Positions 39,232 through 49,547 of a stretch of 64,000 nt of DNA are shown here, one piece after another (within the stretch, counting starts at the first letter, position 1; each line of letters opens with the position of its first letter). The stretch is from an uncultured Gammaproteobacteria bacterium (GTDB lineage: Bacteria; Patescibacteriota; Patescibacteriia; PEXW01). Both the position numbers and the translations under genes were made by a program. Location of the stretch: assembly GCA_964486505.1 (NCBI GenBank), contig CAZAMC010000003.1:139120-203119 (forward strand), read 5' to 3'. Below the pieces are notes generated by a model. That model was not told where the DNA came from, did no database searches, and was given only the letters and a program-made list of their open reading frames with translations.

Positions 39232-39830
39232 AGGTTGTCTTTGAGGTTACGGAAGGCCACGCTGGTTTGCAAATCAATAGCGGCCGGGGTTTGGCTGGGG
39301 TCGGCATCAATACTGAGCAGGACGGTGACTAACCGAACGTCCTGCAGAGTTACTGGGAAGGTGAGCGCGGCTTCCGATCCGGTGTATGACGTATCGAAGT
39401 ACTGGAAGATGGGTGCCGCGCCATTGCGCACGCCAGTTACCAACGTGCTCACCGCTTCGCTACCCGCTGGGTACGACGCCGGTTGGCCAACGGGCTGGAT
39501 GAAGCCGAGCTTCAAATCAGAACCCTGGAGAAAGAAGCGAACCTGCTCCCGATCCGCATCTGCATCTGCATTCGCGTAGAAAGTTAATGACTGCGCGGCC
39601 GCCGCAGCAATGGGGTAGCTCCCGTTATTCGAGGGCTGCGCTTCCCGCACAAGCCGTGTAATGCGCGCCAAAGCCGTCCGGGCTTGCTCCTGCGCGTCAA
39701 CTTGCTCTCGATTCTGGTTCCACGTCCGCAAACCAAAAGCCGCAAAGGTGCCTAGCATCGTTGCCACAATTGCAAAGATGCTCGCGGTCACAATGACTTC
39801 AACTAGAGTGAATCCTGAGGGGCGATGCAT
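39228..39830 (-). CDS. PilW/PulJ-like minor pilin
   Basis: GFTLVE prepilin N-methylation motif; C-terminal VAFRN. Confidence 0.88.
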   Translation of the reverse strand: MHRPSGFTLVEVIVTASIFAIVATMLGTFAAFGLRTWNQNREQVDAQEQARTALARITRLVREAQPSNNGSYPIAAAAAQSLTFYANADADADREQVRFFLQGSDLKLGFIQPVGQPASYPAGSEAVSTLVTGVRNGAAPIFQYFDTSYTGSEAALTFPVTLQDVRLVTVLLSIDADPSQTPAAIDLQTSVAFRNLKDNL

Positions 39831-39833
39831 AGC

Positions 39834-41996
39834 TTAGGCCGGAACGAGTGAGAAGGTGTTCTGAACATGACCGCTCACATCCACATCAACCGTCAGAGGG
39901 GTGTAGCCGTCTTTCGTCAACGTCACGCTATAGGTTTGCGCCGAAAGACTGGGGAAGAATGCTTGGCCCGGGGGGGTGCACCCCGTGGTAAATCCAATAC
40001 GCACATCAGTAATACCGGGCGTCACCTTCTGGTCTGCCGTCTGCAAGAAGAGCTTGTACCGGATATAGCGCTTCGACTGAATACTGGCTGGCAATGCATC
40101 ACCGCTTGTGGTGAAGTACGTAGCGTTCGTGCCATCTGGCCCCACGAAATTCCACGTTGCATTATCGTCATTCGTTGCGAGCTGGAAACGGGCCGCCTCA
40201 GACCCTGCCTCGGCGGTCTGGCTTTGCGGTTCCCACGTGAGCCCAAAGAACGTGCTCGCCGTACCCGTGTCATAGGACGACGACGTGAGCGTCCCGTTGC
40301 TGGCGTACGTCTCTATAGTCAAGTCAATGGAGACATCCTGCACGACGGGCGTCACATTGGGGTCGGCGGTTTCGAGTTCAATACGGAAGCGCAGGACGTC
40401 ACCCGCCGAAACAAAGGCATGGGTCACATCGGGGGTAACTTCTTCAAACGTCGTGCCATCGGCCGACAGGTAGTAGCGAATAACCTGGCCATTCTCATTC
40501 CGCGCCGAACTCAGCGTGGCATCCACAATCTTCCCGGCGGGTGTGGGGATCTGCAAAGTCTGGGCTATCGCGCTAGCATCGTATAGCCCCGCGGTCTGAG
40601 ACAGGCGGAGCTCGCCCGCCCCGGTATCCCAGGTCGCCGTCGTAGAAGGATCACGGTTGGTAGTGGTATCAAAACTTTCGGATACCGCATCGGCACTCGA
40701 TGACTTCGTGAGCGTTACCTGGCCCGGCGTAGAGGTGACGTCAATTCCGCCGGTCTCGCTGTCGTACTTCGTCGCGTCTGTAAAATCTGCTTGGCCACTC
40801 CCGCCCGACCAGTTGGTTTGTGCCCATGTGCCCTGGCCGGTTGTCTTCGTCCCTACCCCGCTTACGTCAACGGTCGCCCCCGAGATGGGTGCGCCCGTGT
40901 TGGCATCCTTCACGCTCGCCAAAAGGGAGTTGGCCGAGTAGCTGGTCGTGAGGACCAAGGTAACTTGCGCATTCGTATCCGGCAGCACGTTCAAGCTCGC
41001 GGGCGGGATTATGCCAGCAATATTTCGCGTCAGCCCACCGAGCGTCAGGGCGTAGTTATCCCAAACCAAGCTACTCGCGGTCGCTTGGCCGCTACCATTG
41101 GTGGTGAAGCTCTGATCATACGCCAGCACCGGCGAGGGCGGTGGGTTGCCTTTCAACCGTTGGCCGCTGAGCTGGAAGTCAACTCCGGATTGCACTGCGC
41201 ACGTCTCGTTCACGGTGGTGAACGCCAAGCTGCTCAGGTGATCGATAGCAAAAGTGATGTCGAGCACGCCGCCGGCGGTAATCGAAAGGTTCGGGCGCAC
41301 GGGGTTGGGGAGTGCTACGGAAACTGCAAAGGTTTGATCTGTCGTGAATCCCGCTTTTGTTACGCGAACATTGTAGTTGTCTACGTCAGGCAGCAGGCTC
41401 AACAGTTGTAGCTTGCCGTTCACGTCCGTCTTCGAAGAAATGTCGACATCCGGATCCAGATTAGTATTCGTCACGTACACGTCTGCTTCCGAGACAGGCA
41501 GCCCCGACGCATCAATAACCGAAACCAGGAGCGAACCGGTATTCGATGGCGACTCCAGGCCCGCCGGCATAATAGATGTAGTGAGTTTAACCGCCTCGTC
41601 GCCTCCTGCCCACGTAACAGACACCTCGACCAGCTTGTAGTCCGTGGGCACCGTATCGGGTGGCGTGTCGGTGACCAGCTTATCGAACGTATCATCTACC
41701 CACTTCACACACGTATCCACCGTGAAGGTGACGTTGGAACGGACGGCGGTCATGGAGCGGGCGAATGGTCCGGTCACTTCGCACGTTGGCGCTTGCGTCC
41801 CGACGTCGCTAAACGGCGCATTGCGGAGCACCTCAATGCGCTCATTGGCTAGTGCGGTTGCGAGGACGCGAACCTTAGAACGGGCCAACTTCTCGGCGCT
41901 TAAGCTAAACATCCCTAACGCAAATGTCACCACGAGGCCAATAATTGCGACCCCAATGAGTGTCTCCACAAGTGTCGTGCCCTTCCTCCGTAGCAT
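39834..41996 (-). CDS. PilV-like minor pilin with carboxypeptidase-regulatory-like domains
   Basis: GTTLVE prepilin motif; YKLVEVSVTW; repeated V-D-x-x-G-x-P-V/I-x-x-A-x-V beta-sandwich domains. Confidence 0.85.
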   Translation of the reverse strand: MLRRKGTTLVETLIGVAIIGLVVTFALGMFSLSAEKLARSKVRVLATALANERIEVLRNAPFSDVGTQAPTCEVTGPFARSMTAVRSNVTFTVDTCVKWVDDTFDKLVTDTPPDTVPTDYKLVEVSVTWAGGDEAVKLTTSIMPAGLESPSNTGSLLVSVIDASGLPVSEADVYVTNTNLDPDVDISSKTDVNGKLQLLSLLPDVDNYNVRVTKAGFTTDQTFAVSVALPNPVRPNLSITAGGVLDITFAIDHLSSLAFTTVNETCAVQSGVDFQLSGQRLKGNPPPSPVLAYDQSFTTNGSGQATASSLVWDNYALTLGGLTRNIAGIIPPASLNVLPDTNAQVTLVLTTSYSANSLLASVKDANTGAPISGATVDVSGVGTKTTGQGTWAQTNWSGGSGQADFTDATKYDSETGGIDVTSTPGQVTLTKSSSADAVSESFDTTTNRDPSTTATWDTGAGELRLSQTAGLYDASAIAQTLQIPTPAGKIVDATLSSARNENGQVIRYYLSADGTTFEEVTPDVTHAFVSAGDVLRFRIELETADPNVTPVVQDVSIDLTIETYASNGTLTSSSYDTGTASTFFGLTWEPQSQTAEAGSEAARFQLATNDDNATWNFVGPDGTNATYFTTSGDALPASIQSKRYIRYKLFLQTADQKVTPGITDVRIGFTTGCTPPGQAFFPSLSAQTYSVTLTKDGYTPLTVDVDVSGHVQNTFSLVPA

Positions 41997-42069
41997 AGGT
42001 AGTAGTATAGCGTACTTCCACGGAGGGCAGTGCTATACTAAGGGGCGACTCGCTCTAACCCAAAGGCTT

Positions 42070-45000
42070 ATGACCCGTCGACACTACCTGAAGTTCACGA
42101 GTGGACTTCTCCTATTCACTGTGCTCTGGTCATTCCCGGGAATGATGAGCCCAGCGCGGGCTGTGACCAACGTCGTTGCTGGCACCGTTACTACCAGCGC
42201 CGGGGCGCCCATGGCGGGTGTCACCATGGAGCTGCACACGCCGGACGGTGTTTTCACGACAAATACCACGACCGCGGCGGATGGTACGTATCACTTTGAC
42301 AACGACCTTACGGTGGGTACGAACTACGTGGTGGAACCGCGGACGCCCGCAGGCTACAACCGCGTAAATACCAGCGCGAACAACAATAACTTTACCTACG
42401 ATGGGGTTTCTCGCTCAGGGGTGAACTTCCAGTTTGTTGCCACGAGCAAAACCATCAGCGGCCGCGTGACGGACACGAACGGCGTTGCCATTACCGATGC
42501 CGACATTAACATCACGCCCTACAACAACCCCAATGCCAGTAACGCCGCCGCCCGAACCGACGGCACCGGCGCCTACTCGGCCACGGTCGTGGGCGGCACG
42601 TGGTTTGCCCAGCCTGTGGTCAACCTCTCCGAATACACACAGCGCTGGATTAGCGAGACGCCTCCACAGCGCATCGACTTTGCGAACGACGCTACTGCCG
42701 AAACGGCAACCCTCAACTTCCAGGTAACCCCCGCCACTGGGAAGGTAACCGTAACCTTGCTCAACAGCGACGGGAGCAAGCTCACGACGAGCAACTTCGT
42801 AGCCGACATTAACTTCCGCCGGGCCGATGGCGTAGGCACCATGCGCAAAGTGCAAGCGGCCACCTCCACTGTGAGCGTGTACCTCACCCCGGGCATCTAC
42901 ACCATCTCGGCGTTCCACAACGATCTTCGCGGTAAGTCATTCGATCCCGCCGCAACGACCTTTGTAATGACAGAGAACGGGAACGTAGACCTCGGGACAG
43001 TGCAAGCCCAAGTCGATAGCGCCCACCTGACAGGCAAGGTGACGAATACCAGTGGCCAAGCCCTACCGAATGTGCACATCCAGGCCATCCGCGAAGGCGG
43101 ACAGGAGCGGCCGAGTGGGAATACTGACCCGAATGGAAACTTTGATCTCACGGTTGGTGCAGGCACCTGGGTGATTGGCCTGGATACGAACGATACCTCG
43201 CACACCCTGGTTGCTCCAGTGAGCGCAACGGTGACGAACGGGCAAACCACGACGGGCCTCAATTTGCAGGTCAAGGACCTCGACCGAACGGTTTCCGGAC
43301 GGGTGCTGAACGCGAACGGCGCGGTGGTCACTGACTTCGTGGGCAGCGTGTACGTCCGAACACTATCGAACAGCGCCCGGGTGAGCGCCCCGGTCGTTGA
43401 TGGCACGTTTAGTGTAAAGTTCGCATCCAAAGAGATAACGGGCAGCAAAATTGTCGTTGGAACCCAAGCCGCCCCCGGCACGGCCTATGCGGGCGGCAAT
43501 GAAAAGCAGGTAACGTCGGGAAATACTGTGGCTACCGATCTTACCCTCCGAGCATACGATGCCACGCTCACGGGTACACTCCGCTTGCCGGATGCCACGG
43601 TAGTCACCAATGCGGGTTCGGACCTACAGGTCGTGGCTGTAGATGCCAGCGGTAACTTTGCCAGCACCACAGTTGGGGCTGATGGCTCGTACTCTCTGCC
43701 CCTTGCCGCCGGCACTTGGCTCTTCGACTACGACATTGAAGACCCTGAGGATACCAGTGGGTTGCTCAACCGCCCCTCGGGCCAGAGCAGCGTCACCATC
43801 AAGGCCGGCCAAACGCTCACGCGCAATCTCACGGTTCGGCTCGGCACGAATACCATCACCGGCACAGTGCGCGACTCCAGTGGTGCTGCCGTTGGGAGCG
43901 TAAAAGTGACCATCGACAACCGCCCCTCGCTGGAGAGCAATGCGGCCACAAATCCAAACGACATTGTCACGCAGACCGTGGAGACGGATGTGAACGGCGT
44001 GTACACCACAAAAGTCCCGAATGGTACGTACCTCATCACTGTGGGCGAGACCCCAGCAGTTGCCGACACCCAGATCCAACCCGATGGCAAGGCGGTAAAA
44101 GTGAGCGGCGGCTCAACCACGACCGTGAACCTCACCTTTGAGGCAAGCAACGCCGTAGTGAAAGGCAAGGTCCTCCTCAACGGCAAGGGCGAGGGTGGCG
44201 GTACCATTACCGCGTACTCCGCCGATGGCGCGCAGGCAACGGCCACCGTGAACAGCTCGGGCAACTACACCCTGAACCTAAACAAGAACGAGAAGTGGAC
44301 CCTGGTCGCCACTGACCTCAAGGGTCAGCGCTTGGTGGCAAGCGACGCTGCCGAAATTACGCCGAAAGCAAACACGACGACCAAGAACCTCACGGTAAAA
44401 GACACGGGACTTGCTGTTCCCGGCCCGGTCACCAAGACCGGCAACGCCGATGATAGCGTGAGCGTGAGCCTGGCCGATGGCACGAACGTCACGGTTCCGC
44501 CCTTCGCCCTCGATATTTCGGGCACTGTGGAAGTAACCGTTACCCCCACCATCGATATTGACCCCACGACGCTGGATCGCCCGGCTTCTCTCGCCTATGA
44601 AGTAAGCGCATTCGATGCAACAGGCCGCGAGGTGAAAGCGCTCAACACTCCGGCGACGATAACCTTGCCGTACAAAGAGAGCACGGTGGTGAATAACGGG
44701 TTGCGGGAGAAGGCGCTGGCGACCAAGTACTGGGACTCGCAAACCGAATCCTGGTCCACCGATGGCGCCGCCGGACTTGTGAATACCACCAAGAACACGG
44801 CGACACTCACTACGACTCACCTTTCAAAATTCTCGGTTACCGGCACGGCCCGGGCGACACCAAAACTGACGGCGAGCAAGTTGGTGAGCCGCAATAGCAC
44901 CAGCCTGGTCATCGAAGTAAGCGGCAGCAACATGAAGGGCAAAGCCACAGCAAAACTTGGCACGGTGAAAGCCACAAAAGTAGAGGTGCGCAGTAGCAGC

Positions 45001-45153
45001 GTTGCCCGCCTCACCTTCCCGACCAAGTCGGTGAAGAACGGCACGTACGACCTCACCTACACCAATGCCGATGGCCGCTCGACAATCAAACGGACTACGG
45101 TAAGTACCGGCCGCGTGCTTGGCGAGAGCGTGGCGCGGATTATTCCCCGATAA
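42070..45153 (+). CDS. Large secreted protein with tandem carboxypeptidase-regulatory-like (Cna-B-like) domains
   Basis: Signal peptide after MTRRHYLK; repeated ISGRVTD..G motifs; TTHLSKF motif. Confidence 0.85.
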   Translation: MTRRHYLKFTSGLLLFTVLWSFPGMMSPARAVTNVVAGTVTTSAGAPMAGVTMELHTPDGVFTTNTTTAADGTYHFDNDLTVGTNYVVEPRTPAGYNRVNTSANNNNFTYDGVSRSGVNFQFVATSKTISGRVTDTNGVAITDADINITPYNNPNASNAAARTDGTGAYSATVVGGTWFAQPVVNLSEYTQRWISETPPQRIDFANDATAETATLNFQVTPATGKVTVTLLNSDGSKLTTSNFVADINFRRADGVGTMRKVQAATSTVSVYLTPGIYTISAFHNDLRGKSFDPAATTFVMTENGNVDLGTVQAQVDSAHLTGKVTNTSGQALPNVHIQAIREGGQERPSGNTDPNGNFDLTVGAGTWVIGLDTNDTSHTLVAPVSATVTNGQTTTGLNLQVKDLDRTVSGRVLNANGAVVTDFVGSVYVRTLSNSARVSAPVVDGTFSVKFASKEITGSKIVVGTQAAPGTAYAGGNEKQVTSGNTVATDLTLRAYDATLTGTLRLPDATVVTNAGSDLQVVAVDASGNFASTTVGADGSYSLPLAAGTWLFDYDIEDPEDTSGLLNRPSGQSSVTIKAGQTLTRNLTVRLGTNTITGTVRDSSGAAVGSVKVTIDNRPSLESNAATNPNDIVTQTVETDVNGVYTTKVPNGTYLITVGETPAVADTQIQPDGKAVKVSGGSTTTVNLTFEASNAVVKGKVLLNGKGEGGGTITAYSADGAQATATVNSSGNYTLNLNKNEKWTLVATDLKGQRLVASDAAEITPKANTTTKNLTVKDTGLAVPGPVTKTGNADDSVSVSLADGTNVTVPPFALDISGTVEVTVTPTIDIDPTTLDRPASLAYEVSAFDATGREVKALNTPATITLPYKESTVVNNGLREKALATKYWDSQTESWSTDGAAGLVNTTKNTATLTTTHLSKFSVTGTARATPKLTASKLVSRNSTSLVIEVSGSNMKGKATAKLGTVKATKVEVRSSSVARLTFPTKSVKNGTYDLTYTNADGRSTIKRTTVSTGRVLGESVARIIPR

Positions 45154-45202
45154 CTTCTCGCTCGCAATGGAAAAGCCTCGCTTCAGCGAGGCTTTTTTGT
45201 AC

Positions 45203-45748
45203 CTACGCTGCCAATGACGCAATAATGAAAATTCCGAGCCCGTTGAGGAGAAAGGAGAGTGGCAAGAAGTACTTTTGGGGCATGTGCGAGAGCCCCAGGA
45301 GACCACTGCCGAGCTCATCAGGCAACGGAGAGGCGATGACCAGCGCACCCACTGCGGCGAGCGCCCACGCAATTGCCGGCTTACCAAAGTACTTCTCACG
45401 AAGCGTGGCGAAAAATGGACGCGTCGTTGTCTGTCGGACGAAGGCAAAGATGAGGGCATCGTAGAGCATGGCCCCCAACCCGCCCAGTAGTGCCAAGGAC
45501 CACGGTGACATGGTGGGTGCCGCATCAATGATCATGGCTGTAGCAAGCGGCGCGGTGAAACCAATGGTATAGAGCACGCCCGTAATGAACGCGCCGAGCG
45601 GCCCGCTCTCGGCAATGCCAAAGACCACGGACCGTAAGCCGGGCACCAGGAGGACCACCGCAACGAAGGCAAGGCCAAAAATGAAGAGGGTGAGCGGCAG
45701 CTGGTTTCGTACCACGCTCTTCTGTACCGGCTGAATAATGTCGACCAT
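45203..45748 (-). CDS. Multi-pass membrane protein
   Basis: About six hydrophobic helices; ASPLPDELG motif. Confidence 0.75.
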   Translation of the reverse strand: MVDIIQPVQKSVVRNQLPLTLFIFGLAFVAVVLLVPGLRSVVFGIAESGPLGAFITGVLYTIGFTAPLATAMIIDAAPTMSPWSLALLGGLGAMLYDALIFAFVRQTTTRPFFATLREKYFGKPAIAWALAAVGALVIASPLPDELGSGLLGLSHMPQKYFLPLSFLLNGLGIFIIASLAA

Positions 45749-45816
45749 GAGAGTAGTGTAGCAAACGAAACCAGCCCCGCATTTGCGGGGCTGGTGCGGT
45801 GCGTTCAACTATTCTG

Positions 45817-46983
45817 CTAGTCGTCGTCTTCGACGCTGGCGTCCTGGGCTTCTTTAAAGAATACTCGTTCTGCGGTGAGCTTCTTCGTGTTGGACGTGTA
45901 CGTGCCCAGAACCTTCAGCTTGTCGCCCACAGTAATGTCGGCGAAGGTTCGCAAGCCGTTCTCATCCACGTACTTTGTCGCAGCGGTCACGATGACGGTA
46001 ATGTCACCGTAGCTCTTCTCCTTGGTGCGGAGTGTAAACGACGTTCCGTCGGTACCCAAGGCGAGAACCGTCCCCTGGACATCACCCCGCTTGATCTTCA
46101 AGCTGGAATTGCGTACGGACTTCGCGTTCATCGTGTTCGTGTCTGTAAGCGTGCCCCGAGCCTCTACCTTATCGCCGACCAAAAACTCTTCAATGGTCGC
46201 CGTCTTCAAGTAATGACGGTAGAGCTTCGTGCTGGAGGTCACGTTGACAGTCCAAGACGTTGTGGGCGTGGAGCTATTCTCCGAGGTACTGGCCTTCACC
46301 CCTTTCGAGCTCTTTCCCTTCACGGTAACGGTGAGAGTCGCGGGCAAACCGCCGTCCGTCAGGGTGATGGCACTCACGGTACCGCTAATCGTGCGCAGGT
46401 CAACGATGACCCGATCGGCATCAATGCGGCTGTCGGCTTTACGCCAAATCCCAATGACCTTCATGCGCTCACCATTCGTCAAGCTGGCACAGCCAATCTT
46501 TTCGCCCCCGCGAGTGAACTTGGTCGCAGTGGTGAAATACACGGTCTGCTGCGCCCGTTCGTCCGGCTTAAACGTGAATGAGTTGCTATCGCAATTCTTC
46601 TCAAGGAGCTTGCCCTTAAAGGTGCCCCCAATTCGCTGGATTGATACGTTCTTAATCCGCGTGGCATTTATGGTATTCGCGACGTCATTTGAGGGTGTGC
46701 CGCGAACTTCTACGCTGTCCCCAACCAAAAACTCACCGAGGTCGGATGTACCATTGTACTTCCGCACAACTGTGGTCGAACTCGTTATCTCTACTGTGTA
46801 GATTGTCGCCCCAGACTTCACTGTCATGGTGGCAGGAATGGTCGTGCCACTCATCGCTTGGATGGTGCCAACCACCCGCAAGGTGCTGCTACTAGTGTCC
46901 TCCGCTCGAACGGGCACGGCCGCTCCAAGCATAGCGGCGAGGGCGATAGCGCTCACGCCCGCTGTGAGAATGCGTTTTCGCAT
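45817..46983 (-). CDS. Secreted DUF5666-like OB-fold repeat protein
   Basis: Signal peptide; four repeats of V..T+..L.VGD.V.V.G. Confidence 0.78.
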   Translation of the reverse strand: MRKRILTAGVSAIALAAMLGAAVPVRAEDTSSSTLRVVGTIQAMSGTTIPATMTVKSGATIYTVEITSSTTVVRKYNGTSDLGEFLVGDSVEVRGTPSNDVANTINATRIKNVSIQRIGGTFKGKLLEKNCDSNSFTFKPDERAQQTVYFTTATKFTRGGEKIGCASLTNGERMKVIGIWRKADSRIDADRVIVDLRTISGTVSAITLTDGGLPATLTVTVKGKSSKGVKASTSENSSTPTTSWTVNVTSSTKLYRHYLKTATIEEFLVGDKVEARGTLTDTNTMNAKSVRNSSLKIKRGDVQGTVLALGTDGTSFTLRTKEKSYGDITVIVTAATKYVDENGLRTFADITVGDKLKVLGTYTSNTKKLTAERVFFKEAQDASVEDDD

Positions 46984-47121
46984 AGTGCGTACATGGGTTA
47001 GGGAACGAGTGTTGCGAAGTATAGAATACGGACCAGCGTATAGGCAACCTTGCCGGACGCTATAACCTAGTACACTCGAACACAAAAAAACTTTCACGTC
47101 TACCGTGCCAATGTGCGAAAA

Positions 47122-48726
47122 CTAGGAAATTTCCTCGCGCTTTTCCTTAAGGTAACTAAACCACTCGTCAACGGCCTCCACGAACATCTTGAACGGTGCT
47201 TCGATAATGAAATCCAGGAAGAAAACAATGAAATTCACTTTCGGCACCTTCTTGGAGAACCACTGCCCTAAACGCAGGATCGGCAGGGAGAATGACGAGA
47301 GGAGAAGCAAAAATAAGTTCTCCCGACGATCGCGAAGGGTGAGCTCTTGAGCGAGACCCCGCACGCGCGTGCCAAACAGTGAGATAACCGAGAGGAAGAA
47401 AATAAAGACGACGATGGAAAGCCAGTTGAACTGCAAGGCGGTGAGGCCCCAGACAATGGCGCCAAAGGTGACAACGAAAGTCGCCAGGTAGAACAGGTAA
47501 AAGAAGAACGAGCGCAGTTTGCCCCGGGGCCGGGGTCGGAGCCGAGCGCCGAAGATTTCTCGCGGCGTGGTGGGACTCACAATTTCCTGCACAGCTTTTA
47601 CCACGAGCGCCGTATTCTCCTTACCAGGCAAGCGGGCGGAGAGAGCAATGGTGAACATGAGCACCGGGTGGAAAATGCTGTTGATGTAGATTGGCATGAG
47701 CGCCCGCTCACGCAGCACGAAGACTTCGTACGGCAACTCTATCGCCAGCGCCAGCATCATCTTGGTGATGAAGATGTAGATAATGCTCCGAACCGAGGTG
47801 CGGCGTAGGCGCGTCCGGGCCGTCTTCAGCTTGCTCTTCATGGCCTCCTCAACCGCTTCCTGCAGGGTAGCGGGATTCTGCAGGATGGCGTTGGCTTCCT
47901 GGGCGCCTTTCTCGCGAACTATGTCAGCCAAAATGAGAAACGGGATTGTGTACCGACGACAGATGACGAGCAGGCGTTCGGAGAGAGGATGGTTAATGCG
48001 CTCTTCAATGGACTCAACAAGCTTTGGAAATTTCTCTCGCACCTGTTCGGTAACGGCGTGATTGGGGTGCTCCCACTCGGGGAAGGCCCACTTGAAAAGG
48101 TGGTAACGGAGCACAGCGTCATCGCTCTTTATGAGCGCTCGGTGAATTGCCAAGTACACGAGTACATCTTGCTCCTGGCCAGCCGGCACGCTTTCGGGAA
48201 GTACGAGATTTGAACGAATCGTAGCGTACATGACTTCCACCAGGGCATCTTGCCGCGTACTGGGTGACAGCCGTTCTTCTAAATCGGCAGAAGCCACGCT
48301 GAGAATCCAACGAATATGCCGGCGGTCTTCCGGGTTCGTGCGCCGAAGCTGAAGGTGGTCCAGGAGCGCCAGGTACCGGTCCACGTAATTTTGGACGACG
48401 GCCACAAGTGTCTCAGGCAAAGCATTGTTGGGCAGGTACCGGCCACGAATGAGTTCGTAGATGAGCAGCCGAGCATCGACCATGGAACGATTCTCAACCA
48501 AGTACCGCCGCCGGAGAATGCGCTCAATGGCGTTCCGCCGCAACAGGTGCTCCTCATTGAACTCAATACTGTTGCGCAGCTTCTCGTAGAAGTACGCCAT
48601 CTTGCCAATGACTTCGTTGAGCTTAATGCGGGGCAAGCCTGGCGGCGCCTCCAAGTTCGGCAAAGGCTCTGCATAGCTCTGGAGGAGCTTCAGGGCGCTT
48701 TTCGGGAATGGGGAGCCTTCGGTCAT
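47122..48726 (-). CDS. Hypothetical membrane protein
   Basis: Long ORF, YEKLRNSIEFNEEHLLRRNAIERIL, with C-terminal TMs. Confidence 0.78.
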   Translation of the reverse strand: MTEGSPFPKSALKLLQSYAEPLPNLEAPPGLPRIKLNEVIGKMAYFYEKLRNSIEFNEEHLLRRNAIERILRRRYLVENRSMVDARLLIYELIRGRYLPNNALPETLVAVVQNYVDRYLALLDHLQLRRTNPEDRRHIRWILSVASADLEERLSPSTRQDALVEVMYATIRSNLVLPESVPAGQEQDVLVYLAIHRALIKSDDAVLRYHLFKWAFPEWEHPNHAVTEQVREKFPKLVESIEERINHPLSERLLVICRRYTIPFLILADIVREKGAQEANAILQNPATLQEAVEEAMKSKLKTARTRLRRTSVRSIIYIFITKMMLALAIELPYEVFVLRERALMPIYINSIFHPVLMFTIALSARLPGKENTALVVKAVQEIVSPTTPREIFGARLRPRPRGKLRSFFFYLFYLATFVVTFGAIVWGLTALQFNWLSIVVFIFFLSVISLFGTRVRGLAQELTLRDRRENLFLLLLSSFSLPILRLGQWFSKKVPKVNFIVFFLDFIIEAPFKMFVEAVDEWFSYLKEKREEIS

Positions 48727-48799
48727 ATGGGTATCTCTATTGTAGCCGAAACCTACCACGTCGACGATGGATGACAAAATTGAGGCATGTTCGGCGTAC

Positions 48800-48875
48800 T
48801 GGGGTGGCCAATGGGATTTGAACCCACAACCACTGGTACCACAAACCAGTGCTCTACCATTGAGCTATGGCCACC
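48800..48875 (-). tRNA. tRNA-His(GTG)
   Basis: G-1 plus GTGGCCA...TGGCCAC-CCCA; anticodon arm CTGGT-TTGTGGT-ACCAG. Confidence 0.95.
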
Positions 48876-48987
48876 CCAGCACGTCCAACCAAAGGAAAAA
48901 CAAAGAACGCGAATGCGTGCGCAGTGTACGATGAAACCCCGCTCACGTCAACGGAAAGGCTGCTCGGGGAGAGCAGCCTTCAAGGTA

Positions 48988-49389
48988 CTAGTAGCACTCG
49001 AGCTCGGCGTACGTGGCGTGGGGGTCCCACCGGGCATGACTCCGATACCGTTCAATCTCGGGCGGCGGTGTGAAGCCAAGCCGTCGCGCTAGGGAATCCA
49101 GCGTATTCAGCCGCGTGTGCAGCGAGTCGTAGCGGCACTCCAGGGCGTAGTTGTCGGTGGGAAACACCTGCCACTGCTTGGCGGTTTCGCACGCTTCATC
49201 GAGAAGCGAGCGTAAAACATTGGTCACCGCCTCCTGCGCCACTTGCGGGCGGTCGGGGGAGCAGGCAAAGGCTTCGGTGAATGCCGTAACGTCAGCTGGC
49301 GTGTGGAAGATGCTGTAGAACAGCAACCCACAACCGATGAGGAAAATAACCGCACACACGCTGGTAAGGGTTTTCGATCTGCCGAACAC
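48988..49389 (-). CDS. Hypothetical membrane-anchored protein
   Basis: SD GGAGG, TTGACA promoter, N-terminal TM. Confidence 0.6.
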   Translation of the reverse strand: MFGRSKTLTSVCAVIFLIGCGLLFYSIFHTPADVTAFTEAFACSPDRPQVAQEAVTNVLRSLLDEACETAKQWQVFPTDNYALECRYDSLHTRLNTLDSLARRLGFTPPPEIERYRSHARWDPHATYAELECY

Positions 49390-49547
49390 TGTTTACCTCC
49401 GGGTAATTGGTTTTAGGAAGTTTCCGGCTACGCTACCAAACCCACCCCTCCCTGTCAACCCGAGGCGTTGACACCCCCCGCCCGCTCTGGTACAGTCCAC
49501 CGCTACAACAACAACCATTAACCGCTCGTTGAAAGGAGGTGAGCAGC

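Noticed and set aside
41644-42069. N-terminal extension of the 1169-aa ORF
   Set aside because: Overlaps the pilV-like gene on the other strand; a -10 at ~42034 and the signal peptide support the start at 42070
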